64,000 nucleotides of DNA from Babesia bigemina (Eukaryota), in NCBI RefSeq assembly GCF_000981445.1, contig NC_027216.1, forward strand, positions 620,001 to 684,000, given 5' to 3'. The position numbers and the translations under genes are program-made. Position 1 is the stretch's first letter. Each line of letters starts with the position of its first letter. Shown here piece after piece: positions 54,527 to 64,000 of the stretch. The notes beneath the pieces are model-generated. The model saw only the letters and a program-made list of their open reading frames with translations, was not told the DNA's origin and searched no databases.

Positions 54527-57500
54527 ATGTACCTCCGCGGGATTCCGCGCGGCCGGAGTCGTGGCCGGATTCCACACCGTCGTGAACTTACACCGTTCTC
54601 AGACCGGCCGTTGGTGATAGAAGAGCTTGAGACGCCCCATGACCGCGCCAGCGTGATCAACGGGGCCGTCAAATACCTGGCGGGGTCAGGTTCTGCTCGG
54701 TACCCTTTGGGCTACTCAAACCAAACCACGGACGAGTTCTTTCCCTGCGAGGAAGACGGCGTGGAAGGCGACGGATACCACCGGGAAAGCTACTTTGAGG
54801 CCACTCTGCCCGAGCCGGAGGATTCTAGTGACGCGGATTCGGACATCCATTACGTGAAGCAGATTTGCAGACAGGGGTTGCCGGCCGGCGGCACGGGGCT
54901 GAAGGAATCCAGCAGCTACCACACACCTTCGGTGGTCACCTGTTCGAGATATTCCGAATCGTCGAGTTCGATAACGCACTTGGACTCCGGAAATTTCGCG
55001 CCGCTTGTGAATACGTGCCGGCGTCCGAGCGTAACTCTGGAGACGACGAAAGGCGCGCTCAACTGTGGGAACCAACCTTGTCACACGGTGTTGCTTGAGT
55101 CCACCATTCCGAATATGGCGTATCACTCGATTGACGGCGACTTTTTCGACGAGCGCGCCGGGTTGTCCTCGAATGCGTTCCATCTGCCGAAAGCCGTGGA
55201 CTCCATCCTGGAAGGGGCAGACATGTGTAACCGCCGCAACCTGGCGGGGGTCATGCATGGCAGTTCGCGACGTCAGTCCTTCCAGGAGATGTGTGCGCCA
55301 CCCAAAGTGGGCAGTAATCCCGTTGCGTCGTTGCCGTCCGATCTGATGAGTTTCGCGAAGGATTTCAGAGCCAGGTACGGCGCCGCGGCACCGACTGGAG
55401 CTCTTGATTCTAGCAAATCTGGGAACAATGTGAGGAATGCTGGCGCGAAGCGTGGCGAGAACGTGGGCAGCCTTCCGTGCGCCGGGTCTGCAGCGGCGCA
55501 CCTTGATCAACGTAGTCTGGCCACCCCTTCGAGACGTACTGGCATGGGAGGCCTGTCCATGGGATACATGCCCACTGACACAGCGAGTTTTTACGATAAT
55601 GCTAAGTGTGGAGAATACGGCGCGAATCGCGCATCTTTCGGTAGCGTCACTGGTGCTAACCAAGGGGCCGCCCTTCAAATGCCATTCGTCCGACGACCTG
55701 ACTTGAAAATACGTCAACTCGGTCATAACCAGTCGTGCGATATCCTTCTCCGGGATTACAAATCGCCTATCTCGCGTGAATCTGTGGCTGCTGACGGAGT
55801 GGGTGCATCGCCCTGTCGGCCCAAGGAGGGATACGCCCGTGAGGCACACGACCGACAGGTCAACGGCGGGAAAATCGGCGTGATGTCGGAAAACAAGTTT
55901 GTTTTGCCGTACGAAGATCCTGCGCAGCGGAGTGTGTCTGCACGCGATTCCGCGCCCAACCGCGGAATCCAAGGGATATTGCAGCACAACGTGAAGTCGC
56001 CACTGCGCGGCACACTTCATTCCTCGGATTACTCTCGTGAAAAATCGCGAAACAGGACGCAAACTACCGCTGCATCCAGGCACGAGGAACCATACAGCAG
56101 TTTGGCAGCGAATGCCGCGAAGGCGAGGTTAGACATCGACAGTGCCGGCGTGGAGCGACCTCCCGCTGACAATGCATTCAGCCTGGCCGACGTCAACCGA
56201 CAGATTGATGAGTTTTTCGTCTCCAGGATGAACCCAACTGCGCCTGCAAAGGAAACTGCGATTACAAGTCCTCCTGGCCGACACGGCTACACCGCTCATC
56301 ACCCCGCCTCAAGCCCTCATCCGGGAAATGGTAGTCTAGACATGTACGATAGTTCAGTCATCGCTGGGTCGACTGCGATGCCATATTCGTATGCTTCGAA
56401 ACTGTCGACAAGCGAAAATGCAGCTCATGGCAGAGTTACAGTGACGGATGCAGTTGTGCAGCCTGACGTTGGGAACATCAACACCGCCCTGGTAACCCCG
56501 CCGTCGGAGCGATCCGTGTCGGTGGCAACGCCAAATCCGGCATCTATGGAACACGTGTACTATAGCCGCGCGGAGTTTACGAAAAATGCAGTTTCACAGC
56601 CGACTTCGAGGGACGCCAAATGGGTACCGGATTCGTTGCCTTCGACGTCAGATCCTCGTGGCATCCCAACGGCTGGTGTAGACATTGGCGATGTGTTACT
56701 CGGTCAAGACGCGGTTGACTACCAAGTGTTGCCAACGACTGCGCGAAACGCTAGCGACATCAAGCTTTATGATTCCGCACGCCTCGACCTGCCGGAGGCG
56801 CCTTGCGTGGATACCGTGGCGGTGAAGGTCCCCCTCTCGGTTGGGAAGAACCACGCCGATGGCCGTGAAGTCACACCGCTACATGTTGGGGAAGTCGAAA
56901 CTGCCTTGGAATGCACCCCAGCTGATAACGAATTCGACGAGAATGTGCCGACACGGACGAATCACGTCGAAGTGAACTCCACAGGTGAGCTTACCCGCAT
57001 GGCAACTCTAATGTCATTCGGGGATGAGTTAGGATCCTATGTGCCTGGCGACCGGCTGGCGCCTGAGATAAGCAACGCCGCTGTTGAGGGAGGCATTTTC
57101 GCATCTGGCATTTTGGACCATCGTGCTCCGAAGGACTCCTTAGATCTCCGAGCTCCGAAGACAGGCTTTATTTTCAACAAGGAGAACCTCAACGCAAGCT
57201 ACGGGCTGTCTAATTCCAGTGTGGGTGTCGGTTTCATGAAAGGCGGTGAACACGCGCCGCGAAATCGGGGCTCGCTAAGGAGCAGCTATGCCGACAGTTT
57301 GGACGCAATCTTCGACCACGATTCCCTGTGCAACTCACAGCAGGATCACAAGAATTTAACTGGCCGCATCGCGGCAAATCCAATGGTTGAACGGGTCCAC
57401 AATGTTGCGGCTCATCCAGTAGTCAGGGAAGCCTACCGGTCGAGCCTCGATGGCCGTCCTCAGTCAAGTTTGTGTGCCCGCTGTGGCCACAACACTACGG

Positions 57501-58651
57501 ATCGGGAGACGGCATATCGTGACGAACCAAGCCACTCGAAACATGGGAAATCGAAGCTCTCGGATGCCCACCGTTGCCGACGGTCGTCAATGGCATCCGT
57601 GACCGTCCCTGCTTCCGCAAATGTATGCACTGGACGGGGAAATTTTGAAGACGATAGATCCGTAGCATCAAGTGACTACGTGCAAGTGCCATTGGATGAG
57701 GAAAATGATGCAGCTGCGTCATACGGTCAGAACACGTACTTTTGTGGCAGTGATGACACCTTGAAGCCGCCTGCTGCCGAATCGACGGTGCAGGACAAAG
57801 CATTGATGACTTCGATAGAGAACATTCTGTCGCGCCATGTTGAGAGCGCTGGCAGTTTGGAGCACTTTTCGGCTCTAATAAAACAGTTGCATGAGGCTAT
57901 TGAGGGGAAGAATGTTAAGGACAAAGACTCCAAACAGCCGCCCCAGCCTGAAGTGGAAAAGTGTATTACTACGGCAAATCGCCCATCAGGCGACAATGAA
58001 GTGAAGCAACTGCATTTTTCAGTGGGTCAGCAAACATCAGCTGAACAATCGCAAAATGATGGTGTTCGTACCGAGAGAAAAGCCGGTACGAAATTTTGTG
58101 CTACTGCCGGTACCCAGACCTACGACTTCGACTTTAACGAGGGACCCGTAGGGGTATCGAAAGGTTGTAATTCGGTATACTTTAAAGTGGATTCGTCGGA
58201 TGATGCCGTTCGGTACAATACTAATCGCAAAGAACGGCATGTGTCTGACGTTGCCACCAACACGCCCAAATGGCCAAGCTGGTACAAAGACTCGAAGCAT
58301 ACGCACGCAGCAGTCCGAGCGGCATCTGACGAGCCTAGCCCCCCGCTAACAAGGGAGGCGTTGATTAAACGAATGACCGATGCGTCTGAAGAGCTGCCCC
58401 GTGTGAATCGCGCTTCCGGGAATCGCCGTTCGTTTCCCCTGGCGGACTACGAATCCGACGACGATACCAGAACAGGCCGCAAAGGCGGCCCTTCTGTCAC
58501 GGCTGCGCGTACCACCAGCCTTCCCAATGGCCTGACCGAAGAGGAGCTTCTTGATGTGTACAACGAGGTAATGAAGCTGACCCGTATCCTCCACGTCAAG
58601 GACGTCAAATCGCTAACGCGCGCGGTTACCGCACGTATGCACAGGTCATAA
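54527..58651 (+). CDS. Large hypothetical, mostly disordered protein (about 1374 aa) with short helical C-terminal domain
   Basis: Uninterrupted 4.1-kb ORF from ATG 54527, rich in S/A/D/P. Confidence 0.85.
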   Translation: MYLRGIPRGRSRGRIPHRRELTPFSDRPLVIEELETPHDRASVINGAVKYLAGSGSARYPLGYSNQTTDEFFPCEEDGVEGDGYHRESYFEATLPEPEDSSDADSDIHYVKQICRQGLPAGGTGLKESSSYHTPSVVTCSRYSESSSSITHLDSGNFAPLVNTCRRPSVTLETTKGALNCGNQPCHTVLLESTIPNMAYHSIDGDFFDERAGLSSNAFHLPKAVDSILEGADMCNRRNLAGVMHGSSRRQSFQEMCAPPKVGSNPVASLPSDLMSFAKDFRARYGAAAPTGALDSSKSGNNVRNAGAKRGENVGSLPCAGSAAAHLDQRSLATPSRRTGMGGLSMGYMPTDTASFYDNAKCGEYGANRASFGSVTGANQGAALQMPFVRRPDLKIRQLGHNQSCDILLRDYKSPISRESVAADGVGASPCRPKEGYAREAHDRQVNGGKIGVMSENKFVLPYEDPAQRSVSARDSAPNRGIQGILQHNVKSPLRGTLHSSDYSREKSRNRTQTTAASRHEEPYSSLAANAAKARLDIDSAGVERPPADNAFSLADVNRQIDEFFVSRMNPTAPAKETAITSPPGRHGYTAHHPASSPHPGNGSLDMYDSSVIAGSTAMPYSYASKLSTSENAAHGRVTVTDAVVQPDVGNINTALVTPPSERSVSVATPNPASMEHVYYSRAEFTKNAVSQPTSRDAKWVPDSLPSTSDPRGIPTAGVDIGDVLLGQDAVDYQVLPTTARNASDIKLYDSARLDLPEAPCVDTVAVKVPLSVGKNHADGREVTPLHVGEVETALECTPADNEFDENVPTRTNHVEVNSTGELTRMATLMSFGDELGSYVPGDRLAPEISNAAVEGGIFASGILDHRAPKDSLDLRAPKTGFIFNKENLNASYGLSNSSVGVGFMKGGEHAPRNRGSLRSSYADSLDAIFDHDSLCNSQQDHKNLTGRIAANPMVERVHNVAAHPVVREAYRSSLDGRPQSSLCARCGHNTTDRETAYRDEPSHSKHGKSKLSDAHRCRRSSMASVTVPASANVCTGRGNFEDDRSVASSDYVQVPLDEENDAAASYGQNTYFCGSDDTLKPPAAESTVQDKALMTSIENILSRHVESAGSLEHFSALIKQLHEAIEGKNVKDKDSKQPPQPEVEKCITTANRPSGDNEVKQLHFSVGQQTSAEQSQNDGVRTERKAGTKFCATAGTQTYDFDFNEGPVGVSKGCNSVYFKVDSSDDAVRYNTNRKERHVSDVATNTPKWPSWYKDSKHTHAAVRAASDEPSPPLTREALIKRMTDASEELPRVNRASGNRRSFPLADYESDDDTRTGRKGGPSVTAARTTSLPNGLTEEELLDVYNEVMKLTRILHVKDVKSLTRAVTARMHRS

Positions 58652-58803
58652 ATTTGTATTTACAGTAACTGCAGTCCCCTGTAATTTCTGAGTATCCTGC
58701 TCGTGAGCCGTGTGTCTGGCCTAGGGCTTTGAGGGCTCTGCGCGGCACATCCACTCAGATTTTCCCGCCACTAATATCCGACCCGTGTACCGTATATTTC
58801 ACA

Positions 58804-61527
58804 ATGCAGCGCTTTACCTGCACTGTCGGCAAATTGCCGGAGGAGTCTCTCTCCTACACCCATTGTGTAAGTGTCTCGCCGCGCAGTCTGCCTACATTCC
58901 GGCCGACATGGCCGCCGTGGTGCCTGTTTGCGTGATGTATCGGCATTGAGATGCTGCGTGGCCAATGTAGACCGCCTAACCAATTTCGCAGGCATATGTC
59001 CACCAGGACCTGTACAACGTGCTCAAGAGCACGTCGTTCATGGCCTACGGCTCCGTAAACACCATGATCTTCTGTTTCAGGTACGTCTGTGGCATGGGCG
59101 TCACGTAGACTGTCGCAGGCAGCATCCCGCGTGCGGGAGGAACGACATCTTCCTCAACAGCTGCGCACGTCAACTTATTTCGGCATCGGTGGGAGAGACT
59201 GTGGAGGTGTCGCCGGTGGATGACAACAGAAGAAGCGGGTTGTTCGGCAAGTCGGGCGACCCCCCCTTCAACAGAGCTGGTCGTATAGTCTTCGAGGTCT
59301 CCTTTTTCAAGGCGACGAAGAAAGGCACGTTACCCATGACGGAGTTGTAACACCGGTGCAGCTGTCCAGCATGCCATCAACTTCGACCACCTGGAGATAG
59401 CAGTTCGAGAGTCGCTGCTGCATCACGTCCTGCATCTCACGCAGACCGTGGCCATTTTGCAGGAGGGCGTCACCCTTCGCCTGCGGTAGGTTGCGAGGTG
59501 GCCGCCTCACAGGACGCAGGGTCACCAATATCGCACCGGAAGGCGGAGCCGCGGATTCGGAGTCGGTCAACATGCTAATGCGTGGATGCCTGGGCGAAGA
59601 CACCAAGCTTGATTTCCAGTACATCGCCCCTGACGGCCGGCACCATGCGATACCCTCAAAGGACTCGGGGATCCTCAAGCCAAACTTCAAATTCGAAGAG
59701 ATGGGGATCGGAGGCCTCGACAACGAATTCGCTGCAATCTTCCGACGAGCCTTCGCGTCACGAATCTACCCGCCGGAGCTGCTTAAGCAATTGGGCATAT
59801 CGCACGTTAAAGGTAGGTGGCTGCCCCGGTGTCTCACCCGTGGATAGGAATGCTGCTGTACGGTCCGCCGGGTACCGGAAAGACGCTTATTGCCCGCCAG
59901 CTGTCTAAGGCGCTCAACTGCCACAAACCCAAGATCGTTAACGGCCCAGAAGTTATGAGCCGTTTCTTCGGTCAATCTGAGGAGAACATCCGAAACCTGT
60001 TCAAGGATGCGGAGGAGGAGTATGCGCGTGCAGGCGAGAGATCAAGTCTGCATATCATCATTTTCGATGAAATAGACTCGATTTGCCAACGCAGGGGCAC
60101 CGACACCTCGGGTACCGGCGCCCGCGACAGCATCGTAAACCAGCTGCTGTCCAAGATCGACGGTATCGACGCGCTCAACAACATCCTGCTCATCGGCATG
60201 ACGAACCGCATAGACATGATCGACGAGGCTTTGCTGCGTCCTGGACGCTTCGAGGTGCACATTGAAGTCGGGCTGCCTGACAAGGCAGGGCGGTGCCAAA
60301 TCCTCAAGATACATACCAAGACGATGCGCGAGTCCAACAGGCTGGCGGACGACGTCGACCTGGACGAAATATGCGCGATGACGAACAACTATTCTGGTGC
60401 CGAGTTGGAGGGTATGGTCAAGTGCGCCGTTTCTTACGCCATACAACGCCACGTGGACGGCAGCGATATCACGAAGCCCAAGGATATGGACAAAATAATA
60501 GTCACCCGGGCTGACTTCCTGCTCGCTCTCAGCGAGGTGCGACCCGCCTACGGTGTCGATTCTTCGAACCTGAGCGGGTTCACAAGGCACGGAATAGTGC
60601 CATACGGCCAGAAGTTCCACCAGGTTCTAGAGACGTGCAAAATCCTCGCAGCTCAGGTGCAAAAATCAGAAAAAACGCCAGTGCTGTCGGTATTGCTACA
60701 CGGTGCTGTGGGCAGCGGGAAATCTGCGCTTGCAGCTCACGTCGCGTCCGTCACCAACTTCCCGTTCGTGAAGGTGGTCTCGCCGGAAAACTACATCGGG
60801 CTATCGGTGGGTCTATCAACGCTCACGGCGTCACGCTCTGCAGGAACTGTCAAGGGTTAACGCGATTCACAAGGCGTTCGATGATGCGCACAAAACGCCC
60901 CAGTCGCTCATCATCCTTGATGACATTGAACGGCTGATCGATTACTCCCCGATCGGCCCGCGCTTCAGCAACACGATTCTGCAGTGCCTGCTGATTCTAA
61001 TCAAAAAGGCTCCCAAGCACGGCCGGCGCATATTCGTCATCGGCACCACGTCCGAGGACTCATTCATGGAAATGGCGAACGTAACGCAAGCGTTCACCGT
61101 GGCGGCTGAGGTGCCGATGGTCACCGGGCCTGCGGAGATTTACCAGGCACTTAGCGGGGCGTCATCAGGCGCAGTGCAATTCCCAGAGGACGAGATCAAC
61201 AAGGTAAGCACATCGGTATCACGTTCGGTGTCGGTCGGTATTCTTTCGACCGTATTGTTGCGTCTATACACGCTACTTCATCAGTAGTGAACACAAAGAT
61301 GGAATCCACCGAGTAAACACCGCTTTTCAGGTCGCAAACTGCGGGAAGATCAGTACCATCGGCATCAAGAGCCTGCTTCTGGCGCTGGAAATCGCCATAC
61401 AGCGTACCGCGGAGGAAGGTTGGTTGTTCTTACACGCGCCAGACAGCTTCGTGCAGGTGGGAAGCTGATATCGTCGTCAACATTCTTCGAAAGCCTCGAG
61501 GCTTCCGGGTACAACCTCAGAAAGTAA
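58804..61527 (+). CDS. NSF: Vesicle-fusing AAA ATPase NSF/Sec18, multi-exon
   Basis: [55 protein letters not shown], second Walker [24 protein letters not shown]. Stop TAA at 61525-61527. Confidence 0.97.
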
Positions 61528-61670
61528 TGGATATTGTGTTTGACCCCGTAGCGTCGTAGTCCCTAGCAGCCGTTGGTGCGGCGGAGCAGGCGGAATGACC
61601 GGCCGTCGCCTGCATAGACAATACACACATCCACTAGCTAAATGCATTACTCTGTCCCGGTACCATAGCG

Positions 61671-63616
61671 ATGATTTATAGAAGACTCGTTCTCCGCGTT
61701 CCGCGCCTCTCCCGAGGATTCTCGGACGCGAAGTCGACGGAAGAGCGCGTACAAGCCGAGCTACTTTACCAGCGCCGCGTCAGCGTAAGTATCTAGTTGC
61801 TTCGGCGTCATGAACTGCAGAGGTGGATATTCCGGGGGATGTGCGTCGCAGCGGCGGCCACCGGAACCGTGGTATGCCTGCGCAACCCGGAATCTTCCAT
61901 ATACAACGTTGTTATGCCCTTCATCAGGACTTACATCGACCCGGAGAACGCCCATAAACTGAGTTTGATGGCTCTGAAGCTTGGGCTGGCGCCAGTGGAC
62001 TACTCCGTTGACCCACCGATCATCCAGAGCCGTGTGAAGGATGTTGTCTTCTTCAATCCCATCGGTGAGTTGAGCGGCATGCACACCGTACAGATTCTAA
62101 CTCGTCTGTTGCATCTACTGTGTTCGTCGTGTGGCGTTGATTGTGCCTTGCGAGGCGTTTGTTTGACTTTTTCGGTTGGCATTTGCACTGCGTGTACGTT
62201 GCGCCGGCGATACATGAGCATACTAGCATCACATACCGCCACCGAAACACTCCATACGTGAAAGACACGTCAATGCATCGGCGATTGTGCATCTAATACG
62301 TCCACGTGTTGAAGGACCATGTAATTCCATGACGGCGAATGCACATGGGTTTTGCAGGAATGGCTGCCGGGTATGACAAGCAAGTCGAGGTACCACTAGA
62401 GGTGCTGCGCCTAGGATTCGGGTTCATTGAGGTTGGTACGGTGCTGCCGAAACCTCAAGAAGGCAATCCCAAGCCCGTATTGTTCCGCCTGCACGGTAGC
62501 AAGGCGCTGGTGAACCGCTGTGGTTTCAACAGTTGCGGGCTCGAGGTGGCCGTGGAACGCCTGAAGCGCGTGCGCCAGAAGCAGGCGGACGATCCCCTCA
62601 CGAAGGATTTCATGATCGGAGTTAGCGTGGGTAGGCGCCGAAACGGCAAACCTGCACTTCACCCCTCTTAGGCAAAAACCGGACAGGAGATATCATCGCG
62701 GACACCGTGGAAACGATAAAGGGTGTTGCGCCGTATGCAGACTACGTAGCGCTGAACGTCAGCTCGCCTAACACGCCCAACCTGCGCGACAACCAGCGAC
62801 GTGAACCGCTCATAGCACTCATTGCCGTCGCCAAAGCCACATTAGACGACGTGAAGGCGCATAACGCAACCTTCCAAAACACAACGAAGAAGGTGCCTTT
62901 ACTCTTCATCAAGATCTCGGTACGTTGCAAGGCCTACCGATACATCACGCGCAGCCCGACGTCTCCCGGAAGGAGCTTGAGGACATCGCCGATATCGTAA
63001 GTCACCGGGTTCCCGTGGCGATGTACACTTCCGTACAGGCACTTGTACACAACATCGATGGTATAATTGCAACCAACACGACGGTGAGGTGGGATCTAAG
63101 TCACCAAAATATGGTACCAGGTGTCGAGGCCGGACGAGGTCACTGAGGATTGCAAAATTGCAGGCCACCCGGCTGGTGGCCTCAGCGGCAGACCCCTCAA
63201 AAAGCTTTCCAAAAAGTTGGTGTACGACCTGTACGAGCTGACACACGGCAAAGTGCCCATTATCGCTGTAAGTTGAAAGGAATCGGCGCACATGGCTGCT
63301 CAGTGCGGCGGCATCTCCTCGGCGCAGGACGCTCTGGAAATGGTGGAGGCCGGAGCTTCGCTCTGCCAGTTCTACACCGCGATGGTCGGTCGCCGCTAAA
63401 CGTTTCGAATCGCGTGCAGGTGTACGAGGGACCGGGGTTGCCCAGCCGCATCAAGAACGGACTGGCACAGCTTCTGCTGCAGAAGGGTAGGTTAAATGAA
63501 GCCGTATATAATTATATACAGGCTATTCGAACATAACTGAGGCCATTGGCGCCGAACACCGCCGTCGGCAAGCCGCAACCGCCGCCCCTGCTCCAGCAAC
63601 GACCAAGACCCAGTAA
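61671..63616 (+). CDS. DHODH: Mitochondrial dihydroorotate dehydrogenase (class 2), multi-exon
   Basis: DPENAH, NPIG|MAAGYDK, GFIEVGTV, PQEGNPKP.LFRL, NRCGFNS, NVSSPNTPNLR, KISPD, NTT, GGLSG.PL. Stop TAA at 63614-63616. Confidence 0.97.
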
Positions 63617-63913
63617 CGTCACGTGATAGTTCACACATCTCCACAAAGAAGTTTACAAACATTAAGGCGGTCCGCCGTAGTGTAACGGTGTGTTTGAGTG
63701 AGAAAAGGACGCATTTATATGCTGATGTGTAACGTCCACTTGCCGCCAGTGTGTCCAATTTAGTGCGGTGAAAACATTACATCCCGCCGCATGGAGCGCG
63801 TGACGAGCAGTGATGTCCATACACATCATCCAGTTTATCGCTGGAGTGCAGGTACCCAGTAGCCGTGGCACTGTCTAGCGTTTAGACACGCTGGGCGTGC
63901 ACGGTCGACCGGG

Positions 63914-64000
63914 ATGGTGAAGCTGGAAATATGGGAGCAACGGGACCACGCTGAGTCGTCCGACAGCAGCGAAGAGGAGATAAAGGCAAGGCGTCTGCCG
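63914..64000 (+). CDS. Possible start of the next gene (runs off the window)
   Basis: ATG 63914 is open for 29 codons to the window end (MVKLEIWEQRDHAESSDSSEEE...). Confidence 0.3.
   Translation, partial: MVKLEIWEQRDHAESSDSSEEEIKARRLP

Noticed and set aside
1..64000. tRNA, rRNA or transposon genes
   Set aside because: None recognised by eye: no cloverleaf, rRNA, transposase or reverse-transcriptase motifs. tRNAscan-SE and Rfam scans would be needed to exclude small RNAs.

Overview
Eukaryotic DNA, most likely from a piroplasm (Babesia sp.). The evidence is very dense genes, many tiny GT-AG introns of about 35-45 nt, and a VESA-type N-terminal motif; the species cannot be fixed from sequence alone. 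About 23 genes can be modelled by hand. Housekeeping genes are TOP1 (5'-truncated), a PDCD2/TSR4-like gene, COQ3, a Trx-Grx monothiol glutaredoxin, an Aurora kinase, a CABLES-type cyclin, mitochondrial uL24, a GYF protein, a DPH7-like WD40 gene, an SPX-EXS exporter, a RING-H2 E3, eIF5B, PHF5A, TYW3, a CDPK-like kinase, CRM1/XPO1, NSF and DHODH, plus several hypotheticals. A lower-GC, gene-poor island (about 20.2-30.8 kb) carries one intronless 1786-codon gene. It fuses a VESA-like N-terminal domain to four different tandem arrays, including 73 in-phase copies of a protamine-like 12-aa Arg/Ser/Pro repeat, and is the most unusual element in the window. Other points of interest: convergent gene pairs whose stop codons overlap, two probable pseudoenzymes (aspartyl protease and acylphosphatase folds), a GYF protein with a candidate eIF4E-binding motif, a CDPK with decayed EF hands, and an outlier long intron in DHODH. 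Exon models were built by eye; no database searches were run.
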